NCBI GenBank assembly: GCA_964354495.1
Contig: CAYHAA010000001.1
Coordinates: forward strand, 457,049-489,048
Reading direction: 5' to 3'
Source: an uncultured archaeon
Lineage (GTDB): Archaea > Asgardarchaeota > Thorarchaeia > Thorarchaeales > Thorarchaeaceae
DNA: 32,000 nucleotides
Every line of letters begins with the position of its first letter. Within the stretch, counting starts at the first letter, position 1. Positions 15,790 to 25,422 of this stretch are shown one piece after another. The notes beneath the pieces are model-generated. The model was not told where the DNA came from and made no database searches. It saw only the letters and a list, made by a program, of their open reading frames with translations. The position numbers and the translations under genes are program-made.

Positions 15790-16920
15790 ATGCAAATATT
15801 CTCGAAAATCAATATGATAATAACCCCCAACTCAGGAATCCTGGGATTGTTCTGTTTCAGATGCAAAGAAGAATATCCGATTGATGATTTCTTCGAAGGT
15901 TGTCCGAAGTGTCTTAGTGAAAACTATCCTTCGAGCTTGACTTTGCTATATGAAAATGATTCATCCAGTTATCTCCCTTATCATTTCTCTCCCGCCTCAC
16001 TGCTAGGAGAAGGGAATACCCCAATTTCAAAATCAGAGAGAGTAAGTGAAGCGGTTAATATTGATGAACTCTATTTCAAATATGAATTTCAAAATCCGTC
16101 GGGTTCACACAAAGACAGAATGAGCAAATACGCAGTTGCTAGGGCAAAGGAGAGGGGCTATTCGGTAGTGGTAGGGTCGTCAAGTGGGAATGCTGCAATT
16201 TCACTAGCACTCTATGCCAATTGCTTTGACATTGGCTGCCGGATTTATAGCACTCATAACATGAGCACAGCATACCGAAATGCGCTGGAAAAACTCGGAG
16301 CTGAGTTAGTACTAACTCCCACAGAAATGGATCGTTGGGCGAGGGCAAAGGATGATACAGAAGCTGGCGCATTTTCCGTCACGAACTATACTGATCCACC
16401 AGTAGGAAGCAATCCCTTTGGGATTCAAGGGTACAAAGAAATTTCTTATGAGATCCATTCCCAGATTCCCAAAACACCAGATTATGTACTTGCACCAGCA
16501 TCACGTGGTGATTTGCTGTATGGAATCTTTGAAGGATTCACTGATTTGCTTTCAATGAATGAGATCTCAAGGATACCCAAGATGGTCGCAATTGAACCGA
16601 TAGATAGACTGTCCAAAGTGACAGAGGACGGACAAGACTATCGTTCGAAATTTTCTGGAGATTATTCCGAAACGTTATCGATTGGCGGTCGTACTCTCAC
16701 ATATCAATCCGTCTATGCATTGCAGAAATCCGGCGGATTTGCATTAACGGTATCTCCTAGACGCTCTCAAGAAGACATATCTAGATTTGGCAAGGCAGGA
16801 TACTATCTAGAGTCATCCTCTGCCGTTGTCTATCAAGCATTGGAAAGAATGAGCAGGGAGAAGGATGTTTCAAATAGGACTGTTGCAGCTGTATTAACAT
16901 CTCATGGATTCTCAAAATGA
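15790..16920 (+). CDS. Threonine synthase-like PLP-dependent enzyme (fold type II)
   Basis: N-terminal CFRC...CPKC, LGEGNTP, QNPSGSHKDR (PLP Lys), SSGNAA and ESSSA. The start may be ATG 15814. Confidence 0.85.
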   Translation: MQIFSKINMIITPNSGILGLFCFRCKEEYPIDDFFEGCPKCLSENYPSSLTLLYENDSSSYLPYHFSPASLLGEGNTPISKSERVSEAVNIDELYFKYEFQNPSGSHKDRMSKYAVARAKERGYSVVVGSSSGNAAISLALYANCFDIGCRIYSTHNMSTAYRNALEKLGAELVLTPTEMDRWARAKDDTEAGAFSVTNYTDPPVGSNPFGIQGYKEISYEIHSQIPKTPDYVLAPASRGDLLYGIFEGFTDLLSMNEISRIPKMVAIEPIDRLSKVTEDGQDYRSKFSGDYSETLSIGGRTLTYQSVYALQKSGGFALTVSPRRSQEDISRFGKAGYYLESSSAVVYQALERMSREKDVSNRTVAAVLTSHGFSK

Positions 16921-17016
16921 AACGCTCCCTGTAACGGACGCTTGCTCTCTATGATATTCGGTCTATCCATACAAATAGCCCTTAGTCTAATGCATCATAT
17001 TCTCAAATGGTGTGAT

Positions 17017-17970
17017 TCAGCTTAGGGTTCCTCTGATTCTTGCATGGTCGTTCTTGAACCTGACTTCAATAAATGAGTTCAGTTCTCCCGGTTCAGGTGT
17101 AGAATGTTTGGGTTCAACTAGGATTTTGAATTTCCAATTTCCATTATCGATTGGCTTCATCTGCATCAAACCAATGCCGAATCGTTTTGCTTCATCCAAG
17201 AGAAACTCCGCATTAGGATCACTGGTGATATAGTCATCTTCTTCTAACCATTCAAAAACCAAGTACGAGCGATGACTAATCAAATTCATAGATGCTGTTT
17301 CATAGACCGATGAAAGATGAAGGTTGTTGTATTTTCTGACTTCAATCGTAATTACCTCCAGATGATTACCAGGTACAAAATCATAATTCATAATTGTCAG
17401 AATTGAAATATCAGGTATTTTTGTTATACCAATTCTAGGATGCTGGTTCGCCGTAATCTCTGAAATATACAAATTAGGAGGAGATGGTTCATAATTGGGT
17501 TTCCATTTTCTATCGAAATACTCCTTCACTGGTTCATACAGTGAAGCTTCGTCTGAAACTCCATTTTCTGTTCCAGCGTGCCCTTCATATCCATTTTTGT
17601 CAATGACTCTGGCTGTTCTGCCGTATCTACCTCGCCCTACAACCACTGCACCATCAGAAACTAATTCTTGAAGTATTTGAGCGTATTCTTCTGGATTCAT
17701 TCCAAGGGGTTCGTAGATCTTATTATTGGAAATAAAAAATCCATCTTGAGGCAATCTCGCCAGAATCTGCTGTTTCTTTGTTCCAGCTCTGCGAATAGGG
17801 CCTCCCCTACCGCGTCCAACTATGGCGACTCCACAATCCACAAGTTCTTTTTTTGCACTGCAGTATTGAACGTCAGCAAGGCCACTAGATTCCCTTAACT
17901 GACTGTCTGCAATATACTCAAGTGTTTGAGGGAGGAGTCTTTCTAATTTTTGTGCTGAATCAGATAACAA
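17017..17970 (-). CDS. Hypothetical protein: two winged-helix-like repeats plus a PD-(D/E)xK restriction-endonuclease-like domain
   Basis: Repeated G.V.vGRGR.G segments, then EASLYEPV, IPDI and TIEVRK. TTG start after AGGTGG. Confidence 0.55.
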   Translation of the reverse strand: MLSDSAQKLERLLPQTLEYIADSQLRESSGLADVQYCSAKKELVDCGVAIVGRGRGGPIRRAGTKKQQILARLPQDGFFISNNKIYEPLGMNPEEYAQILQELVSDGAVVVGRGRYGRTARVIDKNGYEGHAGTENGVSDEASLYEPVKEYFDRKWKPNYEPSPPNLYISEITANQHPRIGITKIPDISILTIMNYDFVPGNHLEVITIEVRKYNNLHLSSVYETASMNLISHRSYLVFEWLEEDDYITSDPNAEFLLDEAKRFGIGLMQMKPIDNGNWKFKILVEPKHSTPEPGELNSFIEVRFKNDHARIRGTLS

Positions 17971-18044
17971 CTATGCAATCCCACCTAGTTAGTATATTGG
18001 AGAATTTGTTCATATTTGAATCTTGCCTATTTCTCTTTAAGGAA

Positions 18045-19379
18045 CTAGCTCAAACAATCGGAAATATCTGACATAGAAACACGTTCAATATTATTGATTA
18101 GATTGATTAGAGTTTCAATTTTCTCCAATGGCAAATATTTCGATGCGGCATTTTTTAGGTTTGTCACTACTTGTTTGTCTGTCAGTGTAGGAAATTCATC
18201 GCCACTAGTTTCAAAGTTCGACCCGTCAGCAGTTGAAATCTCAACGGAGCTATAGTATCCTTCATAGGACTTGTCGGTGGACACCTTGACCAATTTGGCT
18301 AGCCGTGACACATCTGCATCTTGATAATGTTCTACCGTCTGAGCAGTAACATTCCGGAATTTGAGAACAATACCTGTTGCACAGGGCAGAGATTTGAATG
18401 CCTGAGTTTTGTTTGTGTATGGTCCAAAATCAAGTATGCTTGCTTGTAAAGGCCCTTCAGTCACACGAGAACCAGCAGTGATATGCACACTTTTTACTTG
18501 ATCAGCAGAGATGCTGTTTTCATTTACAAGTCCGACGACATTGTGGATGACTGGCAAAATCGAAGTTATCACTGAGTATGATTTGAGGGTAACCTCAGGA
18601 ATCGTATATCTCTTTCCAAGTTCTCCGACAAGAGCAGAAACATTCTCTGGCTGAACACCACAGTATGCATTGAAGAAACCTTTGTTGCCTTCGAACGAGG
18701 TGCTGGATCCATCTGCTCCTTCTTTTGCTAGTAACGCTGATAAGACACCATTTTGAGCAGCCACTCCACTTGCATAGAGCCATTCAGATGTTCCGCTCAA
18801 CCAGCATTCCATCAACCCTGAGGCCATATTAACTGAGTTGGCGATGGCATTCATCGTTTTTTCCTGATTCAGTTCAAGCACACGTGCACCAGTAGCTGCA
18901 GCTCCAAGCACTCCGAAGATAGTGGTGCCACGCCATCCTTTCGCACTTGTGAATTTCATGCACAAGTCCCCAATTTGGTTATTAATTTCATAGCCTGCAA
19001 CAATGGAAGACAGAATATCGCTGCCATCAATTGATAGTTCTTCGCTCAACGAGAAGGCAACAGGGATTGTGTGAGGCCCTGGATGCAGACCTTTGTATGT
19101 GTCTTCTTGCTGGATGCTATGCATGAGGACGCAATTCGCAAAGGCTGCCCCAATCACAGATGTCTTTTTCTTATGTCCTAAGATAGTACACTTGCCACCA
19201 TCCCCAAAATGATTTCCAACGATACGTAGAGCCATTCGCGATTCATATTCGTTTATGCCTGAGAAACCAGTATACAGATGATGCAAAATCAGTGTCTTTG
19301 CACATTTTTTAATGTCCTTTGGTATCTGCTTAGTGTCTAAATTCGACACAAACTCCGATAGTTCTTGAAGAATCGTCAT
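18045..19379 (-). CDS. MmgE/PrpD family protein
   Basis: AAFANCVLMH...HPG, VAGYEI, KGWRGT, A..G..SALLA..G.DG....FEG..GF and TLKSY. Confidence 0.88.
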   Translation of the reverse strand: MTILQELSEFVSNLDTKQIPKDIKKCAKTLILHHLYTGFSGINEYESRMALRIVGNHFGDGGKCTILGHKKKTSVIGAAFANCVLMHSIQQEDTYKGLHPGPHTIPVAFSLSEELSIDGSDILSSIVAGYEINNQIGDLCMKFTSAKGWRGTTIFGVLGAAATGARVLELNQEKTMNAIANSVNMASGLMECWLSGTSEWLYASGVAAQNGVLSALLAKEGADGSSTSFEGNKGFFNAYCGVQPENVSALVGELGKRYTIPEVTLKSYSVITSILPVIHNVVGLVNENSISADQVKSVHITAGSRVTEGPLQASILDFGPYTNKTQAFKSLPCATGIVLKFRNVTAQTVEHYQDADVSRLAKLVKVSTDKSYEGYYSSVEISTADGSNFETSGDEFPTLTDKQVVTNLKNAASKYLPLEKIETLINLINNIERVSMSDISDCLS

Positions 19380-19420
19380 TGTTCTAACCTCTCTCTTTCT
19401 TGATATCTTTCATTCTGAAA

Positions 19421-20206
19421 TCAAACCACCCGTAAACCAGATGAACCTCCTAAGGCTCTTAGTATAGAACCGTAAATGGATGCTAGTGTATAATCACCAG
19501 TCACGCCCTTGATTACGGACGACCGTTTTACCTCGATAGATGCTCCTCCCCCCTTGGCTACGATATATTGTAATGCATCATTAGAATAAGGATCCGCAAT
19601 GAATTTCGATTGTGTCTTGTCAAAACCTAGACAAGAAATCGCTACAACTGCATGTGCATTCACGTTACGAGGGAATAATGAACAGACGCCGCGAGCGGAG
19701 CCTTCGTAGAGAACAGTTCTTTCTTTAATATCACTCTCTGACCATTGTTCAGTAAATGAGAAGTCGATATTCCTCGGATGCTTCACTGTTAGTATTTCTA
19801 CCTCCTCCAGTGTTTCCCTTGCATCATACAACCCATCCATTCCTAGGAGTGCACCGTGTGGTATATAGTATCTAGTCCCATGTCTTTCAGCCACTCTATT
19901 GATATCGGTACTCACCTTTTCGTCTGCAAGAGCGGTGGCAGAGAGTATCATCATGTCTGTTTTCTTTAGCACTTGAGGTGCATGGACTGTAACAGCTCGA
20001 TAATCAGCAGCTTCAACAACTAAATCGAGAGGACATTTCACCATCTCACTGGCATCCTTCAACAGCACTGACTTTGGCAGTATCGATGTTTTTGATGAAT
20101 CTGAATCGTATACCCATTCAACTTGAAATTCCTTTCTTGCTGCACTCTGTTCATAGATGAAGGTTCCAATTCTACCGAATCCGATAAGGCCAATCCGTTT
20201 TGTCAA
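19421..20206 (-). CDS. Aspartate dehydrogenase (NadX)-like NAD(P)-dependent oxidoreductase
   Basis: Rossmann motif GLIGFGRIG, plus VVEAA, GALLGMD, TVKHP, LYEGSA...FPRNVN and ADP. Confidence 0.8.
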   Translation of the reverse strand: MTKRIGLIGFGRIGTFIYEQSAARKEFQVEWVYDSDSSKTSILPKSVLLKDASEMVKCPLDLVVEAADYRAVTVHAPQVLKKTDMMILSATALADEKVSTDINRVAERHGTRYYIPHGALLGMDGLYDARETLEEVEILTVKHPRNIDFSFTEQWSESDIKERTVLYEGSARGVCSLFPRNVNAHAVVAISCLGFDKTQSKFIADPYSNDALQYIVAKGGGASIEVKRSSVIKGVTGDYTLASIYGSILRALGGSSGLRVV

Positions 20207-20314
20207 TATTATTCATCACTCCAAAATTCATGTTTTGAATAACCTCAATATTGATAAATATACATCTTCTTCCGATTCACTTTACGACCAATATATAATT
20301 CTATTTGATTTCAT

Positions 20315-20456
20315 GGTTCTGTAGAAAAAGTCAGCGGGACTAGGGCCGCGAGGACCGTAGCCCTCATCAGGTCGCCAGCATGATGCTCACATCCGGACAT
20401 TCTAGATAAGGACAAGACCTAATCCGACACATTGATGTGAATTATTCTACAGAGCC
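20315..20456 (+). mobile_element. 142-bp MITE, IS5 family IS903-like TIRs, copy 2
   Basis: Ends GGTTCTGTAGAAAAAGTC and GAATTATTCTACAGAGCC. Flanked by TGATTTCAT at 20306-20314 and 20457-20465 (9-bp TSD). Confidence 0.9.
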
Positions 20457-20957
20457 TGATTTCATATATGGTCCAATTAAAGCATGAGTAAAATCAGATA
20501 TTTTTATTTTTGTGGATTAATGCTGTTTGACCACCTAATGCTATCAAGTTCTGAAGTGCATATTGCTTCATTGATTACTTCCTCTCTGATGGAGCTAGTT
20601 CAAAGTGCCCTTCATAACTCAACCAGCTCGGAGGACTGTCAGACGAATCGAAATGTTCCCTTCCGTAGAATGTGCACGCTTGCGCTTAGAGTCGCCTCAC
20701 CGCCTTGTGATTCTGGAAACAAGAACGCTTGGACGTCGTAATTCACATAATCATGTTTTTTCTATGCAATAATTCTCTAGTCAATAATCATGATGGTCCA
20801 AATCAACAGTGATATTGACCGGGACTGCACGAATCTCGGCGTAATTCAGATAATAGAACTGCAAAGGTGTGTTTAATAACTTCTGGCAGTTTCTGCGACG
20901 CTAATATATAACATAATACTTATAACTGCCACTTGATTTTCGACGACGTTGAGATAA

Positions 20958-21965
20958 ATGAAGCTCAGGAAGTATATTGTCCTCCGGTTAATTACAATGG
21001 TATGTGTCGTTTTTGTCCTGATGACATTCATATTCTTCGCAATTCATATTTTACCTGGAGATGTTGTATCATCCATGGTTGGTGAGGGAGCATCTCAGGA
21101 GTATATTGACGACCTTCGTCGAAGACTTGGACTCGACAGACCGATATATATCCAGTATATCGACTACATTTTCGGAATCTTTTCTGGGAATCTGGGTAGA
21201 TCATACATTCTCGGCAGAGACATCACTGAATTGATTGTAGCACGTGCTGGTGTTACCATCCAATTAGCGGTTTTATCGGGAGTCATTTCCTCTTTCATTG
21301 GGGTTTATTTGGGGAAGTATTCTACCCAGAAAGCGGGAAAATCCCAAGATCATATTCTACGAGGAATCACTGTCTTCCTTTATGGCGTTCCAGTATATGT
21401 GCTTGGCATACTCGCTCAAGTAATATTCGGTGCATGGCTAGGCATACTCCCTGTCTTCGGGACAAAAAGCCCTTCTGTTAACCCTCCGACAATCACAGGA
21501 ATGATATTGATTGACACACTTCTTGCAGGTGATCTAATGGGATTTCTCGATGCAGTTTCTCACTTCATTTTGCCGGTCGGATGTATGTCCCTTTTCTACA
21601 TTGCAGTAACTCTAAGAATGACTAGATCTGAAACAATCAAATCTATGAAGAGAACCTTCTGTTTATTGGCTCAAGCCAAGGGTCTAGACAGAAAAGAAAT
21701 AGTAGACAAACATGCTTTCAAAAATGCCATTCTCCCAGTTATTACGCTCATTGGATTTCAAGTCGCCCATCTTCTCACAGGATCTGTCTTGGTTGAGACG
21801 GTGTTCTCTATGAAAGGGCTTGGAGACCTCTTGTATGTCGCTGCCTCCGGAAGAGACTACATTCTACTTCAGGGAGTCATCAGCTATTATGTGATTATTA
21901 CTGCAGTCATGGGGACGATAATAGATATCCTATACTACTACCTCGATCCAAGACTTAGATACTAG
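20958..21965 (+). CDS. dppB: Peptide/nickel ABC transporter permease
   Basis: LPGD, LGLDRP..IQY..Y, GNLGRS, EAA-like loop AQAKGL, KHAFKNA, VETVFS..GLG. Confidence 0.92.
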   Translation: MKLRKYIVLRLITMVCVVFVLMTFIFFAIHILPGDVVSSMVGEGASQEYIDDLRRRLGLDRPIYIQYIDYIFGIFSGNLGRSYILGRDITELIVARAGVTIQLAVLSGVISSFIGVYLGKYSTQKAGKSQDHILRGITVFLYGVPVYVLGILAQVIFGAWLGILPVFGTKSPSVNPPTITGMILIDTLLAGDLMGFLDAVSHFILPVGCMSLFYIAVTLRMTRSETIKSMKRTFCLLAQAKGLDRKEIVDKHAFKNAILPVITLIGFQVAHLLTGSVLVETVFSMKGLGDLLYVAASGRDYILLQGVISYYVIITAVMGTIIDILYYYLDPRLRY

Positions 21966-21976
21966 AGTGTGATACC

Positions 21977-22867
21977 ATGGAACGTGTAAGGACTACCTTC
22001 AATTTTCTTAGAACTCGATATAATGAAAGTAGGGTTCAAAAACTGCCAAGAAGCGAGCGAACCGCATTCTTAATCGGTTTTTTTGGTATTTCCATAATTA
22101 TTTTGCTTGGTGCTTTTGCGAGTCTGCTTGCGCCTTTTTCTCCCTATGCCATCAATACAGGTGCAGCGCTACTTCCGCCGGGTAGCTATCCCTATATCCT
22201 TGGGACCGACTCTTTGGGAAGAGATCTTCTCAGCAGAATGATGCACGGAGCTCAGACATCGCTCCTCATAGGACTATCAGCTGTTCTCTTTGCCACAGCT
22301 GTCGGTGGTACCCTGGGCGTACTTATGGGGTATTTTAGGGGAGGTGTTGACCGTTTGCTTACACTAGTAATGGATGCACTTTACTCCTTCCCTGCGTTTC
22401 TTATAGCTCTTCTAATTGTGACAACTATGGGTGGAGGCATAGTTTTCATGGCTCTTGCTGTGGGTTTTGGAATGACGCCTAGATTCTATCGGTCTCTGAG
22501 AAGCGTGTCGATAACGCTAAAAGAGGAAGAATTTGTTGAAGCAGAGTTGTCTCTTGGCGCTAGTGATTTGTATATTGTATTCAAACATGTCTATCCTCTC
22601 TGCTTTTCTGTTCTCCTAGTTATGTTCACAGTAAGCGTTGCGACTGCGATCCTGACCATAGCTGGTCTTGGATTCCTTGGCCTTGGTGTGCCTACTCCAA
22701 TTCCAGAGTGGGGTACAGATCTTAACCAAGGACGACCCTATATTCTCTCAGGTATCTGGTGGACAACCATGATTCCGGCTGTCTTCATCTTCATCACTGT
22801 ACTTGGATTCAACCTAATTGGAGATGGTCTGAACAAAATGCTCGGCGCGGCATTGGAGGAGATATAG
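21977..22867 (+). CDS. dppC: Peptide/nickel ABC transporter permease
   Basis: LGTDSLGRDLLSR..HGAQTSL, EEFVEA..LGA, LGFLGLG...PEWG and WW...P. Confidence 0.92.
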   Translation: MERVRTTFNFLRTRYNESRVQKLPRSERTAFLIGFFGISIIILLGAFASLLAPFSPYAINTGAALLPPGSYPYILGTDSLGRDLLSRMMHGAQTSLLIGLSAVLFATAVGGTLGVLMGYFRGGVDRLLTLVMDALYSFPAFLIALLIVTTMGGGIVFMALAVGFGMTPRFYRSLRSVSITLKEEEFVEAELSLGASDLYIVFKHVYPLCFSVLLVMFTVSVATAILTIAGLGFLGLGVPTPIPEWGTDLNQGRPYILSGIWWTTMIPAVFIFITVLGFNLIGDGLNKMLGAALEEI

Positions 22868-22871
22868 AATA

Positions 22872-23846
22872 TTGACGGAACTGCTTTCAGTCAAGAACAT
22901 CCATACACACTACTTCACTCCCTCTGGTGCTGTTCGAGCTGTTGATGGTTGTGACCTGATATTGAACAAAGGTGAAACGCTTGGGCTCGCTGGGGAAACA
23001 GGTTGCGGAAAAACAACTCTTGCCATGTCAATTCTAAGACTTCTTCAGCCCCCTCATAGGGTTTTGGAGGGTTCCGTAATCTACAAGGGAACGGATCTTC
23101 TTGCTTTGTCTGAAAAGGAGTTTAAGGAATATCGATGGGATGTGATGTCGCTTGTGCCACAGGCATCCATGTATGCTTTGAATCCAATGCTTCGAATAGG
23201 CGAGCAGATGATTGAGCCTATCTTGATAAAGAAAAAGGACAATAGAGAAAATGCGAAGAAGCGCGCAAGAGACTTGCTCGAACTCGTAGGCATCGAGTCC
23301 AATCGATTAGATAACTATCCGCACGAGTTTAGTGGGGGTATGAAACAGCGGGTTCTAATCGCCATGTCTCTGATATCAAATCCTGAGATAGTCATCCTAG
23401 ATGAACCAACCACAGCTCTTGATGTTGTGGTCCAACACATGATTCTAAGACTCTTCGATGATATCAAGAACAGACTCGGTCTATCTGTGATTTGGATAAC
23501 TCATGACTTAGCAGTTCTCTCAGAAATATGCGATCGGATTGGAATAATGTACGCAGGTCGATTCATGGAAATTGGGAATTCACTCGATCTTATTCTTGAT
23601 CCAAAACATCCATATACGAAAGGTCTTCTTTCTTCTTTTCCTACCTTAGATGATTTGAATAAGAAATTGAAATCAATACCAGGTGCTCCTCCTAACTTAA
23701 TCAGTCCCCCACCAGGATGTCCGTTTCATCCACGCTGTGAATATAAAACAGATATTTGCATGAAAGAGAGACCCCCAAACGAGGAGATTACGGGAAGGGA
23801 AAATTCACGGATTGAGTGTCATCACTGGAGGGACATCAAAGTATGA
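22872..23846 (+). CDS. dppD: Peptide ABC transporter ATP-binding protein
   Basis: Walker A GETGCGKT, signature FSGGMKQR, Walker B ILDEPT, and C-terminal GCPFHPRC oligopeptide domain. Confidence 0.93.
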   Translation: MTELLSVKNIHTHYFTPSGAVRAVDGCDLILNKGETLGLAGETGCGKTTLAMSILRLLQPPHRVLEGSVIYKGTDLLALSEKEFKEYRWDVMSLVPQASMYALNPMLRIGEQMIEPILIKKKDNRENAKKRARDLLELVGIESNRLDNYPHEFSGGMKQRVLIAMSLISNPEIVILDEPTTALDVVVQHMILRLFDDIKNRLGLSVIWITHDLAVLSEICDRIGIMYAGRFMEIGNSLDLILDPKHPYTKGLLSSFPTLDDLNKKLKSIPGAPPNLISPPPGCPFHPRCEYKTDICMKERPPNEEITGRENSRIECHHWRDIKV

Positions 23847-24895
23847 TTGCCGCCAATCAATCCCCACTGATTATAGAAGCTACCGGCTTGAAAAAATGGT
23901 TCTCCTTAAGGAAAGGATTAAGTATGTCCTTAGGAGTCGGTGCTGAAGAAATCCGTGTAAATGCTGTGAATGGCGTGGATCTTGATATTAGAGACGGCGA
24001 GGTATTTGGAATTGTAGGAGAAAGCGGATGTGGAAAGACTACTTTGGGTAAGATGCTCATTAGGCTTTTGGAGCCAACCGATGGTATTCTGAAGTTCAGA
24101 GGACAGGATATTACTCATCGTCCTATGAAGAAGATGAGAGATTTAAGAAAAGAGATGCAGATAGTCTACCAAGATCCCTTCTCTAGTCTTCCAGCAAGAT
24201 ACAAAGCTATAAAAATTCTCTCGGAGCCATTCAAGATTCACAAATTGGTGTCAAACGATGACGAGGCCAAAGAAAAGGCAACTGAATTACTAGAAAAAGT
24301 TGGGCTTGTGCCAGTTGATGTTTTCTTGGAGAAGTTACCAAATGCATTAAGTGGGGGACAACGACAGAGACTAAGTATCGCAAGATCTATAGCATTAAGA
24401 CCAAAGTTCATCGTGGCTGATGAACCTGTATCCATGCTTGATCTTTCTGTTCGAGCTGGGATTCTCAATCTGATCAAAGGACTGAAAGAGGAGTATGGCC
24501 TGACTGTCTTGCTTATCACGCATGACTTGGCGAGTGCACAGTATATGTGCAACAGAATTGCCATTATGTATCTTGGGAAAATAGTGGAGCAAGGGCCAGG
24601 CTGTGAGATACTGAGGGAACCATTCCATCCATATACAATGCTGCTGAAGGCAGCATTGCCTACTCTTGATCCAAGGAAAAAGCACCATCAGAATGAACTT
24701 CCGACAACGGGAGAGGTTGCGAACCCCGTGGATATCCCAAAAGGATGTAGCTTTCATCCAAGATGCATATACGCAAAGGACATTTGTAGTGAAGAGGTGC
24801 CTGGCCTTATCGAAGTAGGGGAGAGAAAAGTTGCATGCCATGCGCTAGGCAGCTGGGTAAACCCGGAGAAGTATAATCAACAAGGGAAGAGATAG
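23843..24895 (+). CDS. dppF: Peptide ABC transporter ATP-binding protein
   Basis: ATGA overlap with the dppD stop. Motifs GESGCGKT, LSGGQRQR, VADEP and GCSFHPRC. Confidence 0.93.
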   Translation: MIAANQSPLIIEATGLKKWFSLRKGLSMSLGVGAEEIRVNAVNGVDLDIRDGEVFGIVGESGCGKTTLGKMLIRLLEPTDGILKFRGQDITHRPMKKMRDLRKEMQIVYQDPFSSLPARYKAIKILSEPFKIHKLVSNDDEAKEKATELLEKVGLVPVDVFLEKLPNALSGGQRQRLSIARSIALRPKFIVADEPVSMLDLSVRAGILNLIKGLKEEYGLTVLLITHDLASAQYMCNRIAIMYLGKIVEQGPGCEILREPFHPYTMLLKAALPTLDPRKKHHQNELPTTGEVANPVDIPKGCSFHPRCIYAKDICSEEVPGLIEVGERKVACHALGSWVNPEKYNQQGKR

Positions 24896-24897
24896 AA

Positions 24898-25368
24898 GTG
24901 TCAGAACCATATAAAGATAAGAAGATTCCTGACCACTGGGAATCATCACCCAAGAAACAGGTCGTTGGTGACATTATAGCTCTGTCTGGACTAAGGCTGA
25001 CGAATAGAGGCACTTTGCTAATGCACCCTCGCACTCGAGCCTTTCCCAAATTCAGCATTGCAGAACTAACTGTCACCGATGAAGAGGGCATAGGACCAGG
25101 AGCTCTGGTTAATTCTGTTATGTATGTAGGATTCTTGGAGGTCACCCGGGGAGGCATAGTTGTTGATGGAGACCCTGTCAAAATACAGGGGAAGATAATC
25201 GGCACCGTGGCGGGATTCAGCGATGTGCACTGCCCTAATCATTTGAACATCATTGTCAAAGGGACTAGGGACTTTGTCACAGAGCACATAGAATCTTCTA
25301 CAGACTCAACGATTGTGAAGACAAAGTTCAATGTTGAAGACATAATTACGTTCGGTAGAGAGAAGTGA
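24898..25368 (+). CDS. DUF6917-like hypothetical protein
   Basis: Pattern HPRTRA...PG..VN...Y.GF.E...G....GD......G...GF...H.PNH.NI recalled from this family. GTG start 2 nt after the dppF stop. Confidence 0.55.
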   Translation: MSEPYKDKKIPDHWESSPKKQVVGDIIALSGLRLTNRGTLLMHPRTRAFPKFSIAELTVTDEEGIGPGALVNSVMYVGFLEVTRGGIVVDGDPVKIQGKIIGTVAGFSDVHCPNHLNIIVKGTRDFVTEHIESSTDSTIVKTKFNVEDIITFGREK

Positions 25369-25422
25369 CATTCAGAGAGGAGTGTGGTTGTCGACTAGTA
25401 AGAAAGGAGAAATAGACTAGAA

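Noticed and set aside
20484-20741. 85-aa plus-strand ORF downstream of MITE copy 2
   Set aside because: No SD or motif and unusual composition. Minus-strand frames give only broken fragments, so a pseudogene call is also unsupported.
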